This document shows positions 27,301-39,209 of a stretch of DNA of 64,000 bases, piece by piece. The first letter of the stretch is position 1. Each line of letters begins with the position of its first letter. Source of the DNA: the human T2T-CHM13v2.0 reference genome, Homo sapiens; NCBI RefSeq assembly GCF_009914755.1, contig NC_060929.1, one strand, 5' to 3'. The notes beneath the pieces were generated by a model. It did not search any database and had not been told where the DNA came from. It saw nothing but the letters and a program-made list of their open reading frames with translations. The translations under genes and the position numbers were made by a program.

Positions 27301-28803
27301 ACTTTTTGGATTTATAATTTAGATAACATAATTTTACAAGGCGTAATGACATGCATATCCCTGCCACATACAGCTCACCAGAGGTTTTGATAACCATGCT
27401 ATATTCCCACATAAATATGAGTAGGTCTTAAGTTATGTTTATGACTCATTTTCCCTAAGATGGGCACTATTTCCTGCTAACCAAAATAATTCCTGTATAG
27501 GCTATGTACTTACCAGGTAATGCAGAAATGAAAAAAATATACTCTTAGATGAGTTTAGGGTTTCTAAACTCACATCCCTGACCATAAGAAATTCTTAATA
27601 GAAATACATGATAAAATGAATTAAAAAGCATACGTGATATAAACTGAAGTGTTATCATTCTTGACTTGTATTTATTCGTAGTTTAGTAAAAGAGTACATT
27701 ACCTCTATTATTTTGTCAATTTAATTACTATTAAATTCCTCCTGGGGTTTTGTTTCTCATAAAATATGGTCATTGTAACTCCAACATAACTAAATGCAGC
27801 CACTCAAGGTGAGGATGATAGATTGCACAATTTTTAACATAACTGTAAATAACATTAACATGAAATTTAGAAAGAAAGCTAAGAAAGTGTCAACTTTAAA
27901 CTTGCCCTGTGTCAACATCTGAATAGCTTCCATGGTCTCAGTTTCATTTCTTGCCAAGGAAGAGTCTTAGAAGAGAGACTTCTAATGTCTATTTATATTT
28001 TAAATGTCTCTTTCACATAATACATTTATTATCATCATCATTATCATTTATTTCCATTATCATCATTATTAGTTTTGACTCATAGCTTTAAGAACTTAAA
28101 AGCCCCAGGGATTGTTCCATCAAAAGGCATAGCTTTATCACTCCTCCTCTGGCCTGATGGTTGTCTCATCTTCTAGAAAAAAATCCAGTGACTATAGATG
28201 ATGATTTTTTTGAATATAATCATTTTTTGACTGGGTTATAATGCAACAAAAAAGGTACAGTTAATGAAAAGTATATGAGAATGTATTTCTCACTACAGCA
28301 CTGTATTTGTACTACATATTATACTGTTTCTCTACAAATTTAAAAATTAGTTTCTTAGATTTTAACCTAGCATCTTCATAAACATGATCTAACTTACAAT
28401 TACATTGCAAAGATTTGAAAACTATGACAAAATGCAAGTAAGTTACTCCAGGTGATTTAATGAGGTAGTTGCAAAGCCCCAACTGTTATGAGAAATCTAA
28501 GATGGTCTGATGCCTACTGAGAATATGCTTTATCCCTTATTTCATCATTCTTCCAGGGTTTTTCCTAAAACATTTTCAGCAAATTAAATTTTAAATGCTT
28601 TCCATTAACACTAAATCTAGCTAGATCATGTTTTTCTATACACAATTGACAGGTGTACCTCACATTTAAATAAAGAACAAAGTGTGTTTCCATATCCAGT
28701 AATTTTGTCTGTTAACCTAGCACTTTATTACATTGGCATACAATCACTATCACTATTTTATTTTAAATCAGCACTTTAGGATGCTCTAAAGAACTGATGT
28801 TTG

Positions 28804-29066
28804 GGCCGGGCTGGGTGACTAATGCCTGTAATCCCAGCATTTCTGGAGGCCAAGGCAGGTGGATCACGAAGTCAGGAGATCGAGACCATCCTGGCTAACA
28901 TGGTGAAACCCCGTTTCTACTAAAAATACAAAAATTAGCCGGGCGTGGTGGGAGAATGGCGTGAACCTGGGAGGTGGAGCTTGCAGTGAGCCGGGATGGT
29001 GCCACTGCACTCCAGCCTGGGCAACAGAGCGAGACTCCGTCTCAAAAAAAAAAAAAAAAAAAAAAA
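28804..29066 (+). mobile_element. AluY with an approx. 40-bp internal deletion
   Basis: Y diagnostics are present. The junction GGGCGTGGTG|GGAGAATGGCGTG lies at 28950/51. A23 tail; TSD AAAGAA(C/T)TGATGTTT at 28788-802 and 29064-78. Confidence 0.93.
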
Positions 29067-29544
29067 GAATTGATGTTTCAAGATATTTTACTATAAGAAA
29101 GCTTGAAGCATCTGTGCTTCAAGATTTTATTTTGGGAAATCGCACTTTGACATATTTATGTCTTAATAACATAACCAGCAATCTTTAATTTTCTATAGTG
29201 ATGCCAGGAAATATATATTCCACTCCCCAGAAGAGTTGGTATCTGGTGGTATGTTCTACATATCAAAAACCTGTCATGTTACCAAAAAAAATGTTAGAAC
29301 ATAAAGTGTGGGTGAATCATTACTTCTAATTCTTTCCCTAAAAATTGTGTTTTTAAAATACTTTGCATACCCTTGAAACAACATAGAATGAAAGTTGTGT
29401 TAGAGTTTCCATAATGGGAAATCCAGTGGTCCTCAAACATTTTATTAGCAGTTTTTAATAAAAAAAATTAATACAACTTATAAATTTGGGGTGAAATGTA
29501 GTTTTAATAGCATTCTCTTTTATGTCATAATATGTGTTTGTGTT

Positions 29545-29720
29545 TGAGTAAGGGCCCTGCCAATTGCTAACTGCAAGACTTAGTAATTCAGTTCCCCAGA
29601 CTAGAGACTCTTCACTTGTAAAATGGTGCAAATAATAGCTTACCTCATGGAGTAGCTGTGAAGATTAAGTAAGACAATGCTTGCGCAGTCTGAAGCATAG
29701 CTTTTACCACTAAGAAAACA
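29545..29720 (+). mobile_element. MIR
   Basis: CTTCACTTGTAAAATGGTGCAAATAATAGCTTACCTCATGGAGTAGCTGTGAAGATTAAG, the MIR core. Confidence 0.6.
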
Positions 29721-30235
29721 ATAGCAATATTTACAAATGAATCAGATGAGAAGCTCCGGTGAAGCACAGGTTGGAATACCTTAAGTCTTACATTCTTAGT
29801 AACCCTTCCAGGCATTGTTAATGGTTCAGAAGGTGAGTTTCAAACACTTTCTCCTCTTCATTCCCCCATCAAATTGAGGTTTTATCGATAATCCAGAGAA
29901 GAAGAGTTTAGATAAATGATGTGTTTTCCTTATTATATCCTGGATTCTTCCCTACTGTTTTATTAAGATAAGCAAGCATAGTCATTTCCCCTGATTACAG
30001 GGACCTACACACAAGAGCAGCTTTAGGGTTACAATACAATGAAGAGCTAGCACTCAGAATGGCTTTCACCTCTCACACAGTGGCTGATATTGGTAGGGGG
30101 TAATACATATCAAAAGAGGTGACATTAGCTATTCGTTGAGCTTCATGAAGCTCAGAAAGTCGGGGATTGTCTGTCAGAAAGTCCAGAATTGTCTGCCATT
30201 TTCTAATCTTAGAGGCTAACCCTATGAGAACAGGA

Positions 30236-30275
30236 AACAACAACAACAAACAAACAACAACAACAACAACAAAAC
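30236..30275. repeat. (CAA)n microsatellite, interrupted
   Basis: Seen directly. Confidence 0.9.
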
Positions 30276-30836
30276 ACTGATTTGGGACCACTGGTCCTTG
30301 TTCTGTATTGACTGAAAATATTCCTCCCTATTATCTCATAAGACTGACAATCAGATTGACTTCCAGGGTTAAGGGGCTCACATATTAAAACACAGCCTAG
30401 GTTTTATGTGCCAACCAGGGCATTATGATAGGTTAATACAAAAATATTTTGCCTAACACACGGATAAAAGTTATAGGTTAACAATTTTAGATATAGTCTG
30501 CTGGTAAGTTCTTCTGAATTCAGCTTGACTTCCTCATGCATCTGTGGTCTACACGTCAGCTAGGAGGTTCTCCGGGGTGACAAGAACAACGGAGTCATGT
30601 GTTTCTCATCTTCTGGAAAGCTAACTGAACTTAGTTACATACCTCCAAAGGCAATATATGGTACATCCATCCCAGGATCTTGCAAAACGTCATCCAATCA
30701 TGGCACCAGGCTGAAAGCCATGAAATTGAGAATCTGTATCAACACTAGATGCAGGTCTTTGGATACACTCCCTTTGCTCCAGAGACCTTTGAAAAACGGA
30801 GGAAAGAAAAGTTATCTTTCTTCTGTATCCCAACAG

Positions 30837-30943
30837 ATAATTGTGAGACAGAACCAGAAAAACTGCAGAAACACTCTCATCTTGAGGGGAAAGCCGAGAA
30901 ACATTGCAGTCACTGCTTCATGACAATTCTGAAATCCAGTGAG
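30837..30943 (+). other. Candidate internal exon (107 nt) of an unidentified, probably non-coding transcript
   Basis: Acceptor TTATCTTTCTTCTGTATCCCAACAG| and donor GAG|GTAAAT in non-repetitive sequence. Splice signals only; no transcript evidence. Confidence 0.3.
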
Positions 30944-31519
30944 GTAAATGCCACCAGGTCTACTTATTCTAGGAACAGAGAATTTTCTTGGTCAGGGTTT
31001 AGTTCTGCTCCCTAGAAATCAGTCCACGGTTCATTGCATTTCTTGCCTTTCATCTCCATCCTCTTGGATGTCCTTTTATTTCCACTCTTTTGGCCACTTC
31101 TGAAAATGTTATTGGAAAATATACCTTTTAGGATGTTTCTTCCAATTCCTGTTGAAAGAAACATAGGGACCCATAGATCTTTTTTTAAATTTTGAAGTAC
31201 TCGTTTCATCCTTGCAAGCAGTGCCTTTGTTAGTCTAATTCCCTTTAAAATTTTATAGCTTTCAATAAATTTGATTATATCAATTCCATTCATCAAAAGT
31301 CATACCCACAGTACTGTCTACTTTGCTTGGGTATGCCAGGCTGCTGTGGGATACCCTTACGATTTTTAGAAACCCTTTTGTCTAGTTGAGAGGGTCTAAT
31401 ACACACTGTCTGAATTCTCTCTGTTGTTCTAAGAAGGCATCTTACAGCCATATCCTTGGTTTTGACATTGCCTCAGACCATGTTTAAGAATATTTTATAC
31501 ATTGTGGAAACTAGATATT

Positions 31520-31838
31520 AAAATCAGTTTTATTTTCCATCACAGCGTTAGGCAAGTTAGGTGGCTCCACTTCTGGGGTTTGGTGAGTGGCTGTCTGGCT
31601 TAAGGGGTGGGGAATAAATGGCCACACTTGTCTCATGCTCCAGGAGGCCAGCTCTTGTCTTAATTCACATGGCATGGTACAGTTCTGAAAAGGAACAGAA
31701 AGGAGGAAGGCCTGAGACCTGATATGTGGTTACTTCCATAGCAATCTATTGGCCAGCTCAGATTCAAGTGTTAGGAAAACAGACTTTGCCTCTATGGGAG
31801 AGTGAAGATTGGTGGGCATTTTTGCAATCTGCCATAGT
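31520..31838 (-). mobile_element. MLT1H-type MaLR LTR
   Basis: CTATTGGCCAGCTCAGATTCAAG...CAGACTTTGCCTCTATGGGAG...GGCATTTTTGCAATCTGCCATA. Confidence 0.6.
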
Positions 31839-32199
31839 GCTATTAATAATAACATGAACTATTGGTTGAATTGCATGTAGCATCAGACAATCTGGAATTG
31901 ATTGCTGCCTTTTTGTGTTCTCTGTGAGCATCCCACATGATATGAGAAATAGAAATGAACAGTGGTTGGGGACCAAGGAAAATTTTCTGCTTCTACAGTC
32001 TGTTAAGATTTCTCTCTGGTATCTCATTTAGTCAAGAACCAGGATCATTGGGGCAAGGAACATGGGCAGAGTTTATGTACCAACCTGGGCATTAGAAATG
32101 GCAAATGCAAAATATCATGTATACCAAAACAGTTAAAAATAGACCCTGATGAGACAAAAATTACTGTGACTTTTCGATTACTGGAGTCAAAGAAAAGTT

Positions 32200-32660
32200 C
32201 TCCAAGATGAAAAATAAAAAGATCTACAACAAAAGGATCAAAATCAGAATGACTGAATTTTTTAATAGCCACAGCAGAAGCAAGAAGATAAAGGAGCAAT
32301 GCCATTTACATTTTGAAGGAAAATATTTGCAACCTAGATTTCTATACTCATACAAACTACCAACCACATGAGACATTTAGAATTTTAAAAAATCTGCTTC
32401 TCTCATGCACTTTCTTAGGAAGTTATCCAAGGATATGATCCACCATTAAGGGAATAAGACAAAAAGAAGAAAGAAGGAAAGAGAGAAAAAAAAAAAAAAG
32501 AGAGAGGGAGGAAGTGGGGTGGGGGGGCAGGGGTGGGGGTGGGGAGAGAGAGAGAGAGAGAGAGACATTATATACCAGAAGCAGATCTCATGCTGAAGAT
32601 AGGAGAAGAAAATTTCTGGATGATGGTGTGATGTTAGTGCATCCTGGGATCATTTCTGTG
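32200..32660 (+). mobile_element. HAL1/ancient L1 ORF1 relic
   Basis: AATCAGAATGAC...GAAGCAAGAAGATAAAGGAGCAATGCC...CAACCTAGATTTCTATAC...TTTCTTAGGAAGTTA. Confidence 0.55.
32461..32565 (+). repeat. Polypurine tract, five G-runs and (GA)n
   Basis: A/G-only at 32461-32514, then GGGGT GGGGGGG CA GGGG T GGGGG T GGGG, then about (GA)10. Confidence 0.85.
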
Positions 32661-34794
32661 TCCAGGTATAAAGGTAAACTTGTTTCGTTTAGAGTAAGTT
32701 CAACAATTTGTAGACAGGGAGAGGGAAGAAATCATTATCTGTCGACCTAATATAAGTCAGTGGAATTATTATTATATAGATTATGTATATCTGAAATTGA
32801 ATCACAGAACAGTGAATACACATGTTTCTAACCTGCTGGTTACACTAAAACCTAGTGTCTTTCTGCTAATCAATATCTCTGCAAGAGCCTTCTGTTTCCT
32901 TTAGGCTACGATAAGAAAGAAAACACAAAATTTCAGAATAAAAAAGAATTACCCTACATATTGATACATGCTTATGTGTTCACAGAAGTATTCCTGGAAA
33001 GATATTCGACAAGCAGGGAAGACTGGCTGCCTCTGGATAGGGAAAATGCCAGGTGGGATAGTAGACTGACAATTTTCGCTGTTTACCAGTCCCACTAAGA
33101 TAGAAGAGGAACATTTTTCAAATGTGAATCTTTTCATAATTTTATTTTTGAAACATAGATTTATAATAAAATAAAAAAGAAAAAGCTTTCACTTTAAATG
33201 ATAAAATTATATAAAATTTTGACTGTCCTGGAAAACTGAGGTTATCTCCAGAGTACTGGTCCTCACTTGCTCTGCAATTTGTTCCTCAGCATACCTTTAG
33301 TCAAATGATGTAAGCACGTTATTAGACTCAATTTATTTTCTCATCTGAGGTTCAATAACATTTAACATAATAACATTCAAAATTCATGTTTATTGTAATT
33401 TATATTAAAACATGATAACTGCATAATGTTCTGTTCTATGTAACACAACTTTTTGTTTTGTTTTGCTAAATAAACCAGTTAGCCCCTAGAACAGGGTCTG
33501 ACATTGAGTGAACACCAAACAGAGGTTTGTAAAGTAAATGAGTGAATATAAATCATCTCAATTATTATTAAAACAATCTGCTGAAAGTCTGACATTTTAG
33601 GCAGAGATTGATGCTGGTTAAGCTGTTAATATGCAGTTGTGCCCTTTTCGGAGCTGCAGCGTGTATCAAAGTGCTTACAGTTCAACAATCCAGAAAGTAA
33701 GGTTTTGTTCAGACAGGAGCTGTTGTTTGCTCCTATCTTCTCTTTCCCCCTCAGTGGCTGCAATGATACACATTTAGTCCCAAACTTATTTGTGATTAGA
33801 TGCTGGATATCATTAGTCCAATTAGCATCAATGTCTCCAGAGAATGAGAAGCAAGTTGCCTCATATTATTACAACTTACAACCTGAAAAAATTCAAATTC
33901 TGTAGAGAAAACCTATACCAACTTGTGAAATGAAAATCTGATTTGTTGGAGTTGGAAATCATTTTTTTATATATTTATAATAGATGTCTGTTTCTGATTC
34001 AATCTAAAAAAATAAATCCCCACCACAATTTGACTGTGTGAAGGTTTGAGTAGCATTAAAAAGCTATTTTTAACTGATTAATGAATAAAAAATATGTTGC
34101 AAGAAATATATTAAAAACCTAATTAATGTTCATCTGCTCTGTGACTGCTTTTCTGTGGGTGACATTTGTGAAAATAATTAATTTTTCATTTCATAGAACA
34201 CATGACTTTGCAAAAAGTTTTGAAGGCTACATTAAAAAGTTATGGTTTGAGGGAAAAATATTCTAAAACTGAATAACATTGCTAATTCTATGGGTAAAGA
34301 CATTTTGTATGTTTAATATTAAATAATCTCATGTTTCTATATATTTTTAGTAGAAAAGATACACATATTATAACTTTTCCCAAGACAACGTTAAAATAGA
34401 GAAAATAAAAATGTATAGGCACATTAATTCAATTACTCAACAGCTACTTACAAAGTGTCAGTGAAGTATAGGCATTGTATTTTGTGTTTGGGAGGTATCA
34501 ATATGGATTATATGTTAATAGTATTTTTTTGACTCCTAATGGCTTCATAGATGTGTACCTAAATAAATATAAGCAACAATTTTTTTTCTTTAAGAAAATG
34601 CAAATCTAAACTTCATACCCAAGACATGCAAGATACAGGTTAGTAGTACTTCCATTTTTAAGAATTCTAGCAAATTTTGCTCAGGTGAAAAGCTCTTGAG
34701 TTACATTCTAATGCATTACTGATAAAATCCTAGATCAATAAAATCCTCATCCATCCTCTAATCTGCTTATTTTTCAACGGCCCGTTTATTAATT

Positions 34795-34910
34795 ACCTCA
34801 TTCCATAAATGTTTCTTGAGTTCCTACTGTGTGCTCAGCACTGCTTTAGGTATTAGAGATACACAGTGAACAAAACAGACACAAGTCTCCACTTTCATAA
34901 AACCTCATCT
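34795..34910 (-). mobile_element. L2a 3' end
   Basis: TTGAGTTCCTACTGTGTGCTCAGCACTGCTTTAGGTATTAGAGATACACAGTGAACAAAACAGAC. Confidence 0.7.
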
Positions 34911-35269
34911 GTTATGGAGCTGCAAATTGCAGAATTAAAAAGGAATTAAGTGGAATGGGTAGAGCCTCCCTGGCTGGGTCAGCTAGCACATTGCCAAACA
35001 TGAAAGGGAAAATGAATGAATGGTCAATATACTTTGCCAGTATGGGCAATCTGTTAGCTGGAAGTTACGACTAAGCCATTGCTACAATTATTTAACCAAA
35101 ACTCTTCTCACTTCAAACCCTTGGCCTCATCAGTCATTCTCCAACTCTCTAAATGACCAACTTTTTTTGAATTACTATATCCAACGTACTGTCCATGCCC
35201 ACCACTCATCTCCTGCCTTACCTCACCCAGATCCCTCTTAATCCCAAGGCTTTTTTTATTCTTTCCTAG

Positions 35270-35435
35270 TACTTTTCCCAGTCTGCTTACCTGACTTGCT
35301 TTGAGTTCCTGGTTTACTGTCCATCTCCTCTACTAGAAGGTATGCTTTCTGAGAGCAAAATCCATATCCATCTTTTTACTGTTACCAAGCACAGTGTCTG
35401 GCATATAAAAGAATCTCTGTAACTAATGAATAAAG
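35270..35435 (+). mobile_element. L2 3' end
   Basis: ACTAGAAGGTATGCTTTCTGAGAGC...AGCACAGTGTCTGGCATATA...AATGAATAAA. Confidence 0.6.
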
Positions 35436-37143
35436 CAGGCTATGAAACATTTAAGAGATATATGGAAGGATGAAGAAGACTGTAGGTAGTGAGTGGAGAA
35501 CTCCGTGGACATACAAAGAAAATGTGACCCAGGTTAAAGCTAGTGCATAAGAAAGAGAGCTTATAATTTCCTGTTCTTAACAAAAAAATACTCTTAGCAA
35601 AAAACCCAGAACACTATTTTTGCATGAGACTCAAACTGATTACCCATTTTGTACTTGATTTCTGTGAGATTCTGCCTCCATTTTTGCTCCATATAAATCT
35701 CTATAGTAATCTCTCCCTCTTCAGCTAACCTGGATGAGACTCAGTCAAATAACATAACTTATCTACTGGAAATACCTTATTTAATTTATGAGTTGCTCCC
35801 TTAGAGGCTTGTGTCACAATATCTGTGATACAGGATCACTTAAAAAAACTTTCTCCTCAGAGAACTGAGATATTTTTCTTCCCAGTATTAAACCAGAAAG
35901 AAATGAAATTTTTCTAGTGATGTGAAAAGATTTACCCTAGTCCAGTAGTTTAAAATCAGTTCAGACTATGTTGATTATCTTCTGTGCAATCTGGAAACAT
36001 CAGAATATTTCCTGGTAGCAATTTATATCACAATCATAAAACCACAACACACAAGTTAGGTCTCAATCATCAGCAAGAGGAAGCAATTTAATGAAATAGA
36101 AAAGCTTTTCGGCTACCCTAGATATTCAGCTCAATTGAGTTATTGGCAACTGACAATTGGTTATAGTTATGAGGCTAAAACTCTAAGGAATTTGGAGGTT
36201 TATTATCTCAGAAATTACGTATCCTCTCAGTGACCACACAGTGGCTGAAGATTGCTCTATTTTAGAGATAACAAGTTCTAATTTTTATATTTAGGTACTA
36301 GAAATAGAATATTTTATCAAGTGCTCTACACACTAATGGAACATCTTAGTGTTGACTGCACTGAGGGCTAAACATTCCACCCATAAGCTAATGAAGGCAT
36401 TTTGAGATTTATGTAAACTCTAGAAATTTACCATGGGTTTATTTCTTACGGATATTTCAAGGATTTGTGAGACTTGTGATTTGTATATAATTCCAGAGGT
36501 TAATTTGTATAAGCAAGTAGTACAGGTAAATACAGTTGGTTAGAATTTCATTTCTAAGACTTATAGGTCTTTCATAAACAATTGGAAATTAAGTTTTTAA
36601 TTTTTATAGTTTTATCTTTGCAGACCCAGTGAAATAAGAGAAAATGGTTGGCAAGTTGTTGGCTGTGTTCATTCCAGTTAGAGGCAGATGTGGTAGTTGC
36701 AACTGGGTGAAATGAGACTTCTTTCTCAGACACAGGCTTGGCAGGATGCCTTCTCCTTCTCCTTCTGGCAGGAAAAGAAGCAATGTCCTCATCATCTCCC
36801 ACATCAGCACACACAACTACTGGCATTGGTATTTTCTGATGTCATTACAGATGACTCTTATCTATCTCAGGCCATTTTTTTCTCTTGGGTTCTGGATCCT
36901 ATTCCCTCTTTCCTTTTTAAAAACTCTGCTTTACTGCTTTTGCAATAATCCTCACTTCCATGGATTTTTCCTCTCAAAGATCTTATCCTCAGAGAATTAA
37001 CTTATGTTGTATCTTAACATAAATACACTGTTAAGAAATATAATTATTCCAGTGATGTGAAAAGTCTTATTCTACAAGTATCGGCATATAAATAAAAAGT
37101 ATTTTTTAATCCTAAAAACAAACAAACGAAACCTCCCCAGACT

Positions 37144-37860
37144 CAGTGGTATGGTTTGCTAGCAAATGTTAACTCACCAGTTTTCCAGGGGTTTGAAGGG
37201 AAGGAGGCTGGTTTATAGCATTTTCCAATGTCCATGTTATAATTATCTAATGATGGCTATTTCAAGTTACTGGTGCACTGTCTTTGAATACAGAGTTGGG
37301 AAGAAATGTGCAGTAGCACACCATTATATCTTCCCACCATACAGAAACGATAGATGTAGATGACCACAAGGGCAAATGTGACAGACTGGATGTTTGTGTA
37401 CCTCCAAATTCATATATTGAAGCCATACCCCTTAATGTGATAATATTTGGAGACAGGCCTTTAAGAGGTAATTAGGTTTAGATGAGGGCATGAGGGTAGG
37501 ACCCTCCCAATGGAATATTCATGTTCTTATAGACAGAGTGCTCACATGCTCTCTCTCTGCGATGTGAGGACACAGCAAGAACGTGACACCTTGATCTTGA
37601 ACTTCCCAATTTTGAAAATGGTGAGAAAGAAATGTCTATTGTTTAAGTCATACCATTTATGGTGATCTGTTTTAGGAAACTGAGTGGAATAATACAGCAT
37701 AAATAATAGTTAAGTGTTATAAATTATTAGAAAATGATAAATTTTGAGCTTATTACCATTGTTTTCCCCTTTTCTTCTTATTTTTAAATAATAGATTCAT
37801 TGAAATTTTTAAACATTCTGTATAGGTGATCCAATTCAGGTCCACAGTTTAAACACCATC
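37144..37860. mobile_element. MER63-like hAT DNA transposon split by MLT1A0
   Basis: CAGTGGTATGG..GCTAGCAAATGTTAAC terminus, then ATTTCAAGTTAC...GAGTTGGGAAGAAATGTGCAGTAGCACACCATTATA...CCACCATACAG. It continues after the LTR. Confidence 0.5.
37377..37696 (+). mobile_element. MLT1A/MLT1A0 MaLR solo LTR
   Basis: TGTTTGTGTACCTCCAAATTCATATATTGAAGCC...GGTAATTAGGTTTAGATGAGG...TGTGAGGACACAGCAAGAA...TAATACA. TSD GCAAA/GCATA. Confidence 0.8.
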
Positions 37861-38329
37861 AGTAGAGTAAGGATTTGAAAATCTATATCTCTAGCCTTAA
37901 GCTCCAAACTAAAAAAAAAAAAAAAAAAATCTCTCTACACCCACAATCATCTATATAATTGCCTTCTTGGCTTCAACATTTAAGAGGCATTGAAACTTAA
38001 TATATTCAAAACAGAACTCTCCCTATAAAAAGTCTGTGCCTTTTAGAGCCCTGTATCTTATCCTTATTAGTTCATGATATTACAAGGTCCTGAGTTACTC
38101 AAACTGAAAAGCTACACATCTTCCTTCATTTCTCTTCCCCTTACCACCCAGATCCAAGTAGAGTAGATTCTATTTTCAAAATATTTCTCAAATCCATTTA
38201 CTTCTCAGATGACCACCTTTAACCAGTCTCTTGATTGGGACTTCTACATCCCTGTTTTCTCCCTGACTCACCTTTTGCCCTCTTAAAATCTATTTTCCAA
38301 ACTTTCCAAAATGCAATATCTAATGCTTT

Positions 38330-38560
38330 TTAAGTACTTATTAAGGGCCAAACTGTTCCAGAGTACTTTAAATTTTAAACTCATTGAATTCTCACAGCAA
38401 ATCTATGAATTAGGGCATTATTATTATCCACATTAACTTGAGAAAACTAAGGTGTAGATGCTTGAGAGACATCATCCTTTGTCACATAGCCAATAGCTAA
38501 TATGAGAGAATCCAAGATTCAGCCCAAAGGTGTATTGTACCTGACCATAATCTGATAACC
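38330..38560 (-). mobile_element. MIR
   Basis: AACTCATTGAATTCTCACAGCAAATCTATGA...ATTATTATCCAC...GAGAAAACTAAGG...GTCACATAGC. Confidence 0.65.
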
Positions 38561-38726
38561 ATTACTGATCTGCCTCCAGGAAAATCAGACCATCTTGTTC
38601 CTCTAACACTAAGCCCCTCATTCTCCATCCCCCCATAAGCCCCCAAGTTGTTCTTTGTAGATAAAATTTCAAACTTCTTATACTTGCTTTCAATGTTCCA
38701 AATGATCAGCCCTCTGCTTATCTCTC

Positions 38727-39209
38727 TGTATTAGTTTCCTAAAGCTGCCACAACAAATTACCCCAAGCTAGGTGGATTAAAATAACAAACTTTCCTCTAG
38801 CAGTTCTGGAGGCCAGAACTCTGAAATTAACCTGATGGCAGGTTCTCACTCCCTCTGACTCTAGGGGATAAATCTTAGTTGCTTCACATTCCTTGGTCTC
38901 CTTGGCTTATGGCTAGCTCTTTTCAATCTCTGCCTCTGTTTTCTTTTATCTTCTCCTTTTCTGTGTGTGTTTTCTCTTTTCTTGTTTGTGTCTTCTCTTT
39001 CCTTGTTTGTGTCTTCTCCTCTTCTGCCTTTTATAAGGATACTTGTCATTAGATTTAGAATCTACCTGAATAATCCAGGATGATCTCATCTCGACATTCA
39101 TTCTTTGTATCTGCAAAGATCCTTTTTCCCAATAAAGTAATATTCTCAGATTTCAAGGCTTTAGACATGGACATATCGTTTATGGGGGAGCACCATATGA
39201 CTCCTCACA
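38727..39209 (-). mobile_element. MLT1C-type MaLR solo LTR
   Basis: TGTATTAGTTTCCTAAAGCTGCCACAACAAATTACC...CAGTTCTGGAGGCCAGAA...TTATAAGGATACTTGTCATT...TAATCCAGGATGATCTCATCTC...TCTGCAAAGA. Confidence 0.8.

Noticed and set aside
36605-36830. Good acceptor TTTTATCTTTGCAG| at 36623 and overlapping ORFs
   Set aside because: There is no convincing downstream donor, the ORFs have no recognisable homology, and the region adjoins an L2-like relic.
35916-37064. AGTGATGTGAAAAG repeated about 1.1 kb apart
   Set aside because: No element structure lies between the copies, and an AT-rich 14-mer repeat is plausible by chance.
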